A program made the translations under genes and the position numbers. 64,000 nt of DNA, from contig OX597816.1 of assembly GCA_951406725.2 (NCBI GenBank), positions 91,822,001-91,886,000 on the forward strand, given 5' to 3'. Origin of the DNA: Octopus vulgaris. Its lineage: Eukaryota. Below the pieces are notes generated by a model. That model ran no database searches. It was given only the letters and a program-made list of their open reading frames with translations, and was not told where the DNA came from. How positions within the stretch are numbered: the first letter of the stretch is position 1; every line of letters begins with the position of its first letter. This document shows, in pieces, positions 13,161 through 25,100 of the stretch.

Positions 13161-16100
13161 GTAGATATGAAATTTTGTTTCTCCCTCTTTCTATTGATTT
13201 ATGTTGAGCATGACAGCAAAAATGTACCATATATCCTCTGTTAATTATAGGATTCTTGGGATTTACCTTGTTCCATCAATATGTCTTTCTTTCAGTGGTA
13301 TTATCTGAAGAAAGGGTATTGTTGTTCTTTGCATGCATACTGTGGGTTTTTTTGTTGGGTAGTGGGGTCTATACAATTAAAAATATTATTTGTCGATCAG
13401 AAATATTTAAAAATTAAGTAGCTCATATCAAGTTAATTATTTGACTTTAGTTTTTACTGTTTTGCACCTATTTCTCCGTAAGAGTGTGATGTTTATAAAT
13501 TCATGAGGTGTGTATTATTGGATCAGTTGTTTGTTCAGCTTGGTACCTTTCTTTCAGTTAACTTCTTCACTATAAAGTAAGATAGGATTTTGTTGTCCGC
13601 TAGTCAGACTGAAGCAAGTAAGTTATCTTGTATTGCCAGTCCATAGCCAAGCTAATTAATTGTGAACTATGTAAGTGGGTCATAAGGTTTATGTTTGCAA
13701 CTATATAGTCAGTAACCCCAGTACCTTAATTTTCTCCTATGTCTTCCTTGTCTCAGTCTTTCAGATGTTCAAAGCATTTCAAATGCTCTGCATTTCCCTA
13801 TACAACCAACATCATCCTCCACATGCATCACATATCCTTATCAATGCAGTCTTCTCTCTTGCACACTGCATCAAATTCCTTATATATCTAGCTTTTCTCT
13901 AAGCTCATTTGCATTCCATTGTTCATGTACACTAACATTATATATCCAGTAGAGCATGCTCACTTCATTTCTTTCCTGTTGTCACAAATGTTCCACTTTC
14001 AAGGACTATATCTCGCTACTATGCAGCATCACACTTCATACACTAGCATTATACAATCTGCTCTTCACTTTGTGAGAAAAACCCCTTTGCTGACTATAGA
14101 AGTAACTGCTTCCTGAACTTTTTCTTCCTCTTACCTATTCTAACTAGTAGACTTTATGTGCATGCACCTCTACTGCTGATTTTGTAACAAAAACAATGAA
14201 CTGTTTCTTGTTGGTTTTCTGAGCATTTGAAGAATTTATTTTGTTTGTTTTCTCATTGCTAACTATTCCTGTGTATCTAGCATATGCAAAGTCAACTTTC
14301 CCTATTAGCTTGCTTCTTATTCTCTAAAACATAATTTAGAAAAATTGCACTGGCAAATTATGAAAGCTGTGAAAATATCTCACCATTGACCTCAGAGCCA
14401 TAGGTGAATAACCAGGACATGTAAAGCAATGTTTTCTTGGAATTTGAATTATTAAAATGGTTTAAAAGGATGACTGAAATACTGCTCAAAACGTTGTGTG
14501 ATAATATTCTGTTTCTGGTTAATGAATGTCTCTTTGGTTGTATGAGAAAAATTATATGCAATAAACTAATATTCAATCTGATGTCAATCCCTATGAATGG
14601 TATATTGTCATCTAAACAAGAAATATTACCTTTCCTGTTTCAGTTTACTTCATTGGGAAGCGATGCTACTCCTTAGAATGATGTTGCAGCAGAGATATAA
14701 ACTTAAATAATTTGTAAATATTCAAATTTACAAAATAATGAAAATTCAATGGAAACAATTTGTCAGTTTCAAAACCTGAAATTGTATCATTTGTTTAACC
14801 CTTCAGCATTTAAACCAGCCATATCTGGTTCAAATATTCTACCAGTTTTGTGTTCAACCCAGCCAGATCTGGTCTCTCACACATAATCTAGTTGTCATTT
14901 TAAAAATAAGCAATCACATTTTCAAAATCTTGAACCTACAAGATAATACATGATAAATTTTTTAAAATGTGTATAAATAAGCATTACACTTGAATACTAA
15001 AGGATTAAAGTTTCTTTATCCTATAGTTTTGGAGTGATGATTTTGTTCTTTAGTGGAAAAGCAATATCTAGTCTATTTGGGGTTGTCATTAAAATTCAGA
15101 TTCCTGCCTATAAGGGTCCACATCAGGCATAGATCATAGTTCTCCATTGCATTTGTTGTTTCATTGGTGGTTGTTTTATTGGCTGGTGATTATGTAGAGT
15201 ATATGTTGTGTGAGTTGTATTATTTTATTTGGTGGTGATTGCATACGTGTTGTATGCAGGGACAACATGAGTTGTACTGTTGAGTTATGTCTTGCAGAGA
15301 TATTTTCAATATTGTGTAGAGGTGTGAGTCCTTGTATGGTTTTTATGATTTTGGTCATTTCCTTCATGTTCAATCATTGTTGGTACTGTTTTCATTCTTT
15401 TACCCAACATTCTTATAATTTTAATTACAAGATTCTTACAATTTGTCACTTTCTTATTTTTTCTGGGCAGTGTTTTGTTGGAAGAGGTAGAATTTTTATA
15501 AGAATACAAATATTTTTGTTCCAGTCTTTGTTGAAACAGTTTGGCCTTGATCTCTTTGTTAGCGTTGATAGGCATGTCTTAGATGATTGTTACCAACTCA
15601 TTGTCATATTACATTTGATAGATGTTGATACCACTTCTAATCTGTTTTCATGTTGGTAAATGAAAGTAGCTACCATCTTGATGTCTCAGATTTGGCAAGG
15701 ACTGAGTATGACTTTAACCTACTTCCAGTAATGGAGTCCTTTTCAGGATTTCCAGGGCTTTAAGACATGTGGAAAAACCTCTTAGTCACTATTGTATCCA
15801 GGTATCTCTGACCTGGAGTAGTAGCACCTGTTAGGGTCCCAGCTATGAGTGAAATAGCATGTAAATAGAGATCAACTGTGAATATAGAAATAAACAGCCC
15901 AGGGCCAAATCATTGCAAGGCCTAGCACTCTGTAGCCACCTAAGCCAGAATTGTGTTGAAATCATGGGATGCAGCATGTTGAATGTGAACTATTTTGGTA
16001 GATGAACTTTTTGAATTGATGGTGAAGATCAGTATATGCTGAGTAGATCAATAGTCAACATGCTGTCAATGGCCAGGACCAATTAGTTTAGTTAGTGAGC

Positions 16101-19100
16101 TTCTGTTATTATCTGTAGTTGTTGAATGCACAGATAAGACATCCAGCTATCAAAAAACCGATGACTTAATGGTTTGGATAAGTTACCCGACTAGATGCTG
16201 ATAGCAAGGACTGACTGGGTAACCAGAAATGAGGTAATCGATGGCCATAGGGTACTGATTGCATTGTCTGCACTTAATGTTGGCATCTTAATTCATAATT
16301 TTATTTTCGTGCTTAGTTATTTATGGCTTGGAATTTTGTCCTCTGCAGCTACATTCAGACATTGTTAATGTTCATTCTGGCTTACTTCCTTTGTGTTGAA
16401 TCTCATGGGGTATTTGACATGGACTGATTTTTCTTTTCATATTTTCTTTTGTGTATTTTGGAATTCTGTTTCATCTTGTTTTCTTCTTATTTTTCAGTAA
16501 TTTTATTTTTATCGCTCACTTACTTTGCACTATTGAGTGCAAATCTGCATCCCTTGAGCCTGTGCAAGTGTTTGTTTTGTTTTCATATTTTTGTATAGAA
16601 TCTGCAATACAATATGTAATATGTGTGCAGCACCTAATAGTGCTGTGTTTTGTTTTCCATATTTGTAAAGGCTGGTGTTTTTGTATGTGTTTGTATTCTC
16701 GTTTTTTATAATTATTTTCAAGGTATCTACTGTAAGGATTGTCCATGCATTCTACTTACTTCTATTTCAAGATCAGTGTATTCGGATTATTTCTCTATTT
16801 CTTGATGAAGAACTTTTTTTATCTGCTTGAGTTGTTACTTCAATTAGGTGGCACCTTTTTTCTGGTAGGTCTTGACAACAATATCCTGCTTATTATCCTT
16901 GTTGTCCTTGACTGTATATTAGCTAGTATAGTTGGCAGTGTTCCTCTCTCTCTTGTGAAAAAAAAAATGTGTGTGATAGGCATGACTGCTAGAACTTAAT
17001 ACAGGCACTTTCTTTCTCGGGTAAGCTCTCATCAACTTTTCCAATTTCTGGTTGGAAGGGGAGATGCTACCTTCTAATTTATTGAAAGATGGGTGAAAGT
17101 GGAGGATGAATGAATCTATTCTCAGCATGTGGTTGCAGGCAGAAGAATACAGCTAGGAGAGGACACTTACTCTTGGTAACCCAATCAAGGATCCACACAT
17201 TGATCTCTGTGGATCCTTGATTGGTTCTAGAATGAATTCTCCTCTTGAGGCATTAACATATCTTGTGTACATCATTCTATTTTATTTGATTTCACTGTAA
17301 ACACTCATACCGTTTGTAATTAGTTTCTTTGATGTCTCCTCATCCCATCACCCTTGTGTAATAGTGCAGAATATATGAATTAATAAAAGAAATGACATGT
17401 ATAAACTGAGGATGTACTGAATAAGGGAGATTGCAACTGTTAAGTTTGTTTATTCTCTTGTTGGAATGGATCTAAGCTATTTGCTGCTCATATATTATGT
17501 GTTAATTAGTTATTAAATAACAACTGAATATATTGATGTTGGCCAAATCATAAGTTCATACGATGCGAAAAAAAAAATATCCTTTTTAATCAATTTTTAT
17601 AGGAAATGTTGCTGAAAAATTGTTCGTAGCAACTAATGATTAAAGACATTCATTAAACATTTTTAAATCTGTAAATTTTTAAATGTGTAATCACAGTTAA
17701 AAAGCATGAAGATTGAGACAGTCAATTAACCTTTTTGCGTTTGGATTTCTGTGTCAGGCATAATGCTTATTCATTTACATTGCTTTGAACTAATCTTGCA
17801 TTATCTTGTAACTTCAAGATTTGAATGATGTGATTGTGTAATTTTAGAATGACATTATAGGGTAGGTGTGAAAGGCCAGATCTGACTGGTTTGAGCATAA
17901 AACAGGTAGAATATTTGGGCCATATGTGACTAGTTTAAATGCTAATGGGTTAATGACAATTTTTACCTCTACCTTAGCGAAAGCAGAGGTATTGTTTTCA
18001 GTCGTGTTTGTTTGTTTGTCCGTGGACAAGATATCTAAGAACCGCTGGATGGATTTAGATGAAACTTTCAGGGATGTTTGCCTCATGACTGGCACAGACT
18101 AATTAGATTTTGGGATTGATTCAGTACCAGACAAGGATTCTGGATTATTTTTTCCTGTCTTTTTTACTTAATTTCTGAGTGGTCAGGTTCATTTTTGGTA
18201 TTCTCGTTTGTGAGAGGAGTCAAGTTTATTTCAAATATTCTCATTTTTAAAATCATCTCTGCCTAATTGTTGAGACAACATTCGTGTTGCCTTGGTGGAG
18301 GTTTGTGCTCTGTGAGTGCTCTTGTTGTTCATATTTTATGCAAAAATTCCAATTTTTCTCTATTTTTACAGCCAAGAAGTATTTGCAAAGTTTGAACACA
18401 GAGAAATCCTTCCAGGCTGCTGTTCCCATCCTGGTGATATTGTTGAAGCAGGATCACTTGCAGTATGTATCATATTTTGAGCGTAGCATTTAAGTAGTTT
18501 ATTGAACCAGAGTAAAATTATGATCAAAAATATTTGTTTAGATTACTTATATATATATCTATTAGGGGTATCACAAAGTAATGTTACATTTTCAAACAAA
18601 TAGTCTGACATCATACCTTAAATAGTTTACAAGCCAATAAAAGGTGTCCTTGCAATTAACTAATTGGCATTGTGTTAATGACCAAACGTTAATGTGGACA
18701 TGAAAATCAAGGACTTTAATGAGCTGCAGATCTTATTTCTTCTTTTACTTGTTTCAATCATTAGACTGTGGCCATGCTTGGGCACTGCCTTGAATAATTT
18801 TTAGTAACTAATTGATTGGCTGGTTTTCTGATGTTTGTATTTCATGTTTGTAAGAACCTCAAAATCTGTGATCCCTGTTTCATGTAACAGGTCATTGTCT
18901 ACCTATTCTGGTGTTACAGCATTGATATTTCTAATGATGATAACACTTATTGTCATAATTCCTTGAAGTGGCTTGCAAATAGACTTTATAGAACTAATCC
19001 TGTTGTTTGTTCAGTTGTTCTATTTATAATGTATAAGTAGAAATCACAAATGTTGTCATGTGATCATTATTCTCTTACCCAGGCTTCCAAGAAATTCACA

Positions 19101-22100
19101 AACCACTTCTAATAAAAATACAATACTGCTGCTTGTACAAGAGTTATTTTATCTAAAACTTGAACCCGTGTTTCTTGTCTGTTAGACGTTTGCGTAAAGC
19201 ACTTCTAATTTATTTAAAGGATTGGCACTTTTAGTTAAATACTAAATCATAGAAAACTGTAGTGCAATGTCAATTGTTATAAAACCACTTTTGTAATCAT
19301 CATTTAACGTCTGTTTTCCATGCTAACATCGGTTGGACAGTTTGACTGGAAACTGGTAAGCTGGGAGCTGCACCAGGTTCCAGTCTGATTTGGCATGGTT
19401 TCTACAGCTGGATGCCCTTTCTAATGCCAACCACTCCAAGAGTGCATGGGTATTATTTACATGCCACCGGTTTACATAAGTTTACTTTGTGCCCATAGCA
19501 ATTTCATGTAAATAATATAATAGCAATAGAAATGATTGAATCTTCAAAAGAAGCTGTAATAACTATTTACACTGTGTTAGATATCAGTTGAGCATTTAAT
19601 AAATTCAAGCTTTATTTAAATTGACTTTCAATGTGGGTTATTTCAGTATAATTTATGAACATTCCTATGAAGACTTTACCCTTAAAACCTTATATGATAT
19701 TAACAACTCTTGAAACTATATTCATCTTTAAGCATTTGCATGCTATTAAGCTACATTTGACAGAACTACTTTATCTAAATTTCTAGCAAACTTTGTTTCT
19801 CTTGAAAATTTTGCAATAATTTTGGGTGCTCTGCCTCTGATGTCATGTTAATTATTTTCAAAAAATAATTCCATTTAGTTGACCATTGGATTTGGAGAGC
19901 AACACAAGCTCACCATTCATAAACAGTTGACCTCAGAGTCTGTTAATGAATATGTATGATCTCTTCACTAACTCTGCTTAGACTGACTGATGCATACAGA
20001 GATGAATATATTTTTGATTCAATCATAACTGAAATCTCTTCTCAATTTCAAAGTAGACTACTAGAAAACAAATTAATGCTTTTGACTTCAATCACTGCTT
20101 AAGTTTATTTTTGGGAAATCATAAAAAAATCTCAGACTTATAAACTTAGCTTTTCAAGTAGAAAATAGTGAATAATATTTGCTGATGTGGCTAGAAGAAA
20201 ATTTTTCAATCAAGGAATAAATGAAACTTATAAAAAAGGCTTCCTCTTGTGCAGCTATACCTCATCAGCTTAAAGATTATTTGTGAAAGGATTTTTCATG
20301 ACATGATTACACCAAATGTCCAGTTTGTAATTCTACTTGTTTCAAGTGTAAAACAAAAGGTCATTTTCTTCAAAAGGCTGTAGATCTTCGAAAGAGCTAG
20401 TAGGTGTTTCTATTCTGTGATACTTGCCTGTGTACCTTATGTACTAAAGAACTTCATCATTAACTTAGACTTTCACAAAACCTTCTCTAAAAGAACATGT
20501 TGACTCAGGTAGGCTCCAAAATTTCAATTCTGAATCAGTTGTGTTTAAGCTAGTTAGCCAACTAAAGGTTACAAGAGTATGATGCCAGTGGCTTCAGTTT
20601 TGACAACACCAATCAAGAAATGTGAACTACAATGAAAGAATAAGAGACCACCTATACTGTCAAGTATTTTTCTATATATTACATGACAGCTGTCAGACGT
20701 TATTCTTGATATTTTCTGTGCAAGCATTTGTCCTTTAAAAGTATAATTTAGTAGCAGTTAATTAGACCAAAAGATCTGGCCTTGTTAAAATTTGATTCCC
20801 TAGATCTTCTCAATTTTTTTGCCAAATTTCAAACTTGTTAATATGAAATCATACAAGTCCAATGCCTAGTTTATTTGGTCAAAAGTGACTTGGATATTCA
20901 GAGAAGTTATAGTCAAGCCAATTGACTCATCTCAGCATATACAAGTAGACTGTTAATGGCAACAGCAGATGAGGCTTGTAGCTCATACACTCAGACACTT
21001 ACTGCCCAGCTTACATGGATTTAATTAACAAAATATCTTCTTGCAAGATATTTAGTGTTACATCCTGGTGATAAATTTATTGTTGCTTTTGGTGGTCTCA
21101 CAAATGCCTTGAGTGTTTCTAGTGAATTATAGAGAATTTTATTTATTTGACAGGTACATATTTAGATAACACCTTCATAAGTGATAGGTCCAATGAGGTA
21201 TATAACAATAATTTATCTGAATTCTTCATAGTTGCTTACCTATAATAATAATAATGATAATAATAATAATAATGATAATGAAATTATTGTATACAGTGCT
21301 CAGGTGCACCACAACTTGTCAAAAGTGCATATAAAATATATGCAGTAATGTACAAATGTCTGGAAAGCGAACAGTGTATGAGTCAGATACATGCTTGCGT
21401 GTGTATGGAGGGGGGAAAATAATGGTGTAGTGTTGGCGAATCTCAGGAAGCATGAAAGTTTTGAAGGATGCAGTGCTCCGACAACTAACATCTGATGCTG
21501 GCAGTCTGTTCCATGCTTCAGCAACTCTTAGTGTGAAAAAATGTTTCCAAAAGTCATGGGAGCTGTACTGTTTTCTGACTTTGTAAACATGTCCACGGGT
21601 GTTAGACGGGTAGAGTTTGAAAAGGTACTCAGAGTTATTGTTTGTAAGATGGTTAATAATTTTATGGGTGTCTGCCAAGTCAGCTGCCAGATGTTGGAGT
21701 TTCAATGTATCCATGCCCAGGGAAGTAAGGCGTTCAGAATATGGCAAATGCCTGATGGAGGGTATTCTCTTGGTTGCACGTCGCTGAACGGCTTCCAGAC
21801 GATTAATATCCTGGGCAAGATCGGGGTTCCAGACTGGTGATGCAAATTCCAGGTGAGGTCGTACCATAGCTATATAAAGCTGCAGATAGATAGCCGGAGA
21901 GCAGCTCACAAAGGACTTGGTGAGTGATGCCAAGACACCCTCAGCCTTCTTGGCAATTTTAGTGATGTGTTTTGTCCAATGCAAATCGCTGTCGACAATA
22001 ATGCCCAGGTCATGTTCACAAGAAGACTTTTTGAGATTAGTGTTGTGGAGGGAGTAAGTAGACGCTGGGTTTTTCCTCCCAAAATGCATGGTGGTACATT

Positions 22101-25100
22101 TGTCCACAGCCAGCTTGAGTTGCCAGTCCACGATCCACTGCTGCATAGTGTCCAGGTCTGATTGCAATAAAGATCTATAGTGTACAGGATCTGTCCTCTT
22201 TATTTTGAGGTACAGCTTGATGTCATCTGCATATTTCAGCACTGTGGCATTCTTTAAGTTGGCATCTATGTCATTAACATATGCAACAGATAAAAGGGGG
22301 CCAAGAACAGATCCCTGTGGTACACCAGATGTCATCTCATAGGGTGAAGAGTGCTGTCCTAGAACTGTGACAACTTCTCTTCGGCTGATAATAAAGGACT
22401 TCAACCAGTTATAGAGATCATCTCTTACACCCATCGCAGAGAGTTTCATCATAAGTCTTTTTGTGTGGCACAGAATTAAAAGCCTTAGCAAAGTCCAAGT
22501 AAACAACATCCACCAGGATCCGCGATCAGTGATTTGGGTAATGTCCTCAAGAAACTCGATGAGTTGATTACAGCAGCTGGAGTTAGGAATATATAATATT
22601 GAGTATTATTAATTAGGTCATTGAATAATAATGTAGATTTTCCAACTAAACCTCTCAGTAGTTTAGGTTATTAAATTAACCATAATGATAGTATTCTATA
22701 TTTTTGAGATGAGGAATTATGTACATTATTCACAATGGACAGATAGGTGTCCTCATCTTGTTTGTTGTTATCACGTTTCGGCTGATGTACTCTCCAGCCT
22801 TCATCAGGTGTTCTGGTGGAATTTTGAACCCAGCCCCTTATTTGACTAATGGGGTACACTATTCTCATTCCTAAGGTATGTTGCTCATGTTATTTTTCTG
22901 TTGATATTAGTTTTCAAGTATCTGCCTGGGATTGAACTTAGAATCTGAGAGTTACTTGCCTGCGCTCTCATCCACTACGCTATATGCCTGTGGGTATAAC
23001 ATCAGCAACATACCTTTGGAATGAGAATACTGAATTAGTCCGTTTAAAGAAAAGTCTATGCCCACTGATAAATAACCTTTATCTCATGACTTCTGAAAAA
23101 GTAAGACCTCTAATCAATGTTTAGTTTTTGCCATTGGATAAACTGAAAAACAGTTATTATCATATCTGTCAAGGCTAAAGTAAGTGAACATATTCTGTTT
23201 ACTGGCAAAATAGACATCTCTAAGGCAAGCATTGTAATAATTTTAAACAAAATGTCTCGCCAATAATATGCTTTCTTGATCACTAAGTTCTGCTGAGAAA
23301 AATCCTTGCAATAGTAGTAAAAGAGGCTTATGCAAAAGTTGAGGCTCCCAGAAAGGGGTACAACTTATTTCAGGCAAATGATTTGTACTAATGACTGATC
23401 AGAAATCTGTTGTTTATATGTTCAAGATAAAACACAATAATTAGATAAATATGAAAATATCATGTTGATAATTCTTGCTGTTTTCTTTTGAAATCTTACA
23501 TCATCTTTTATATCTTGATCCTCTCTAGCCCTAGTATTACATGGTTGATGCATTTTCTTCTGATAGGAAATTGCCAGCCACAATACTGTCATTTAGAACT
23601 ACATCAGCTTATCAAGTTTATGCATTTTTTTTTACCACATCAGCTTTGATTTTAAGGATCTGTTACCCTTATCATCTATTAATAAATAACTGTTGATTGT
23701 TATTGAGGAATAGTTCTGTTTCCCCATTTGCATTCTTATGTTGTGAAATTTCTCTTTCAACTATCATTTCTTGCTTGATCACCATGTTTTCTATTTTTGG
23801 TTTACCTAGATATGTTCATTTAGATTAAGGAACCTCATTCATGTTTTCTGAACTGGAGTCATTCTTGCATCACATAAATGTCCCAAAAGTTGCTCTTCCC
23901 CATACCACCAACCTTCTTTATATAGACAGTGTGAGTGTTAGGTTGATATTGTTTGGAAAACTGACATTAACTCTTGAATCTGAAAAAGATTTGATACATC
24001 TGATGTGCCTGACAACTATGTTCTGCAGTCCTTATTATGGACATCCATAAAGTCAACATGTCATAAATGTGTCTTCACTTTTCCTAGAAAAAAAAAAATA
24101 AGGTTACAAGAATAAGCTTGCCAACTGAGATACATTCATAATAAGGAGACTTTAGTTTAAGATGTTGAAATATAGGAACCAAATCCTCAATATTACTTCA
24201 TGTATTCATCTTTCTAGTAGTCAAGAAGACAACATAGCAATTAGGACATGGCCCAGATAAAGCAGAGAAGCCAAGTGAGACCATAGTGGTGGTTGATGCT
24301 AGTGTCAGATTAATGCCACCCGTGCCGGTGGCACATAAAAAGCATCCACTACACTCTTGGGAGTGGTTGGCATTAGGAAGAGCATCCAGCCATAGAAACC
24401 TTGCCAAATCAGATTGAAACCTGGTGCAGTTCCCTGGCTTATCTGTTTTCAGTCAAACCATCCAGTCCATGCTAGCATGGAGTGTGGATGTTAAATGATG
24501 ATGATGATAGGTATACGTGTGCTCGAACCGAAAGTGTCACTATTCCTGAAAATTGCTTTGTCTGCTTTGACTCTTCATAAATCACTTCTACACAGCATTA
24601 TAAACTAAAGAACTCTCTACTGGCTTTGTGCTGTATTGATCTACTCACCATTTAAAAAAATCCATTGAATAATATTACTTCTGAATATTTTGTATTATAT
24701 GGTTATACTTAAAATTATTGCTATTTTGAGACATTGTTCTGATTCTGTTGGATGTATGTAGTGTATATTTGTGTGTGTTGGGGACTGTAATAACTGTATG
24801 TAAATTACGCTTTATTATAATAATAGAAATAGTTGAATCTCCACTAGACACTGTGATTACTACCTGCTACTGTTATAAGTTATAGTAAGACAACAGGATA
24901 ATGTCATTAGTTGGAGAGGTTAGGAAGGTAAAGAAGTGGGATGAAATACTGTAACTGAATGGATTAAGAGAAGTAAAGTTAAAAGGAGTTAAAAGCAATT
25001 AAGAATAAGACAAAAAAGTGAAAAATGTTTTTTATAAAATTTTATTTTTTAAGAAATCTCAGAAATTGCTTAAAGAAAAGATATTTAAAAGTTTAATAAT

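Noticed and set aside
21319-22509. Independent host gene or domesticated reverse transcriptase
   Set aside because: 5'-truncated, frameshifted through the DFAKAF motif, with a LINE-type (ATT)n tail.
22925-22988. tRNA gene (also 50377-50426)
   Set aside because: Only A/B-box-like motifs; acceptor and T stems do not close, so it is tRNA-derived repeat.
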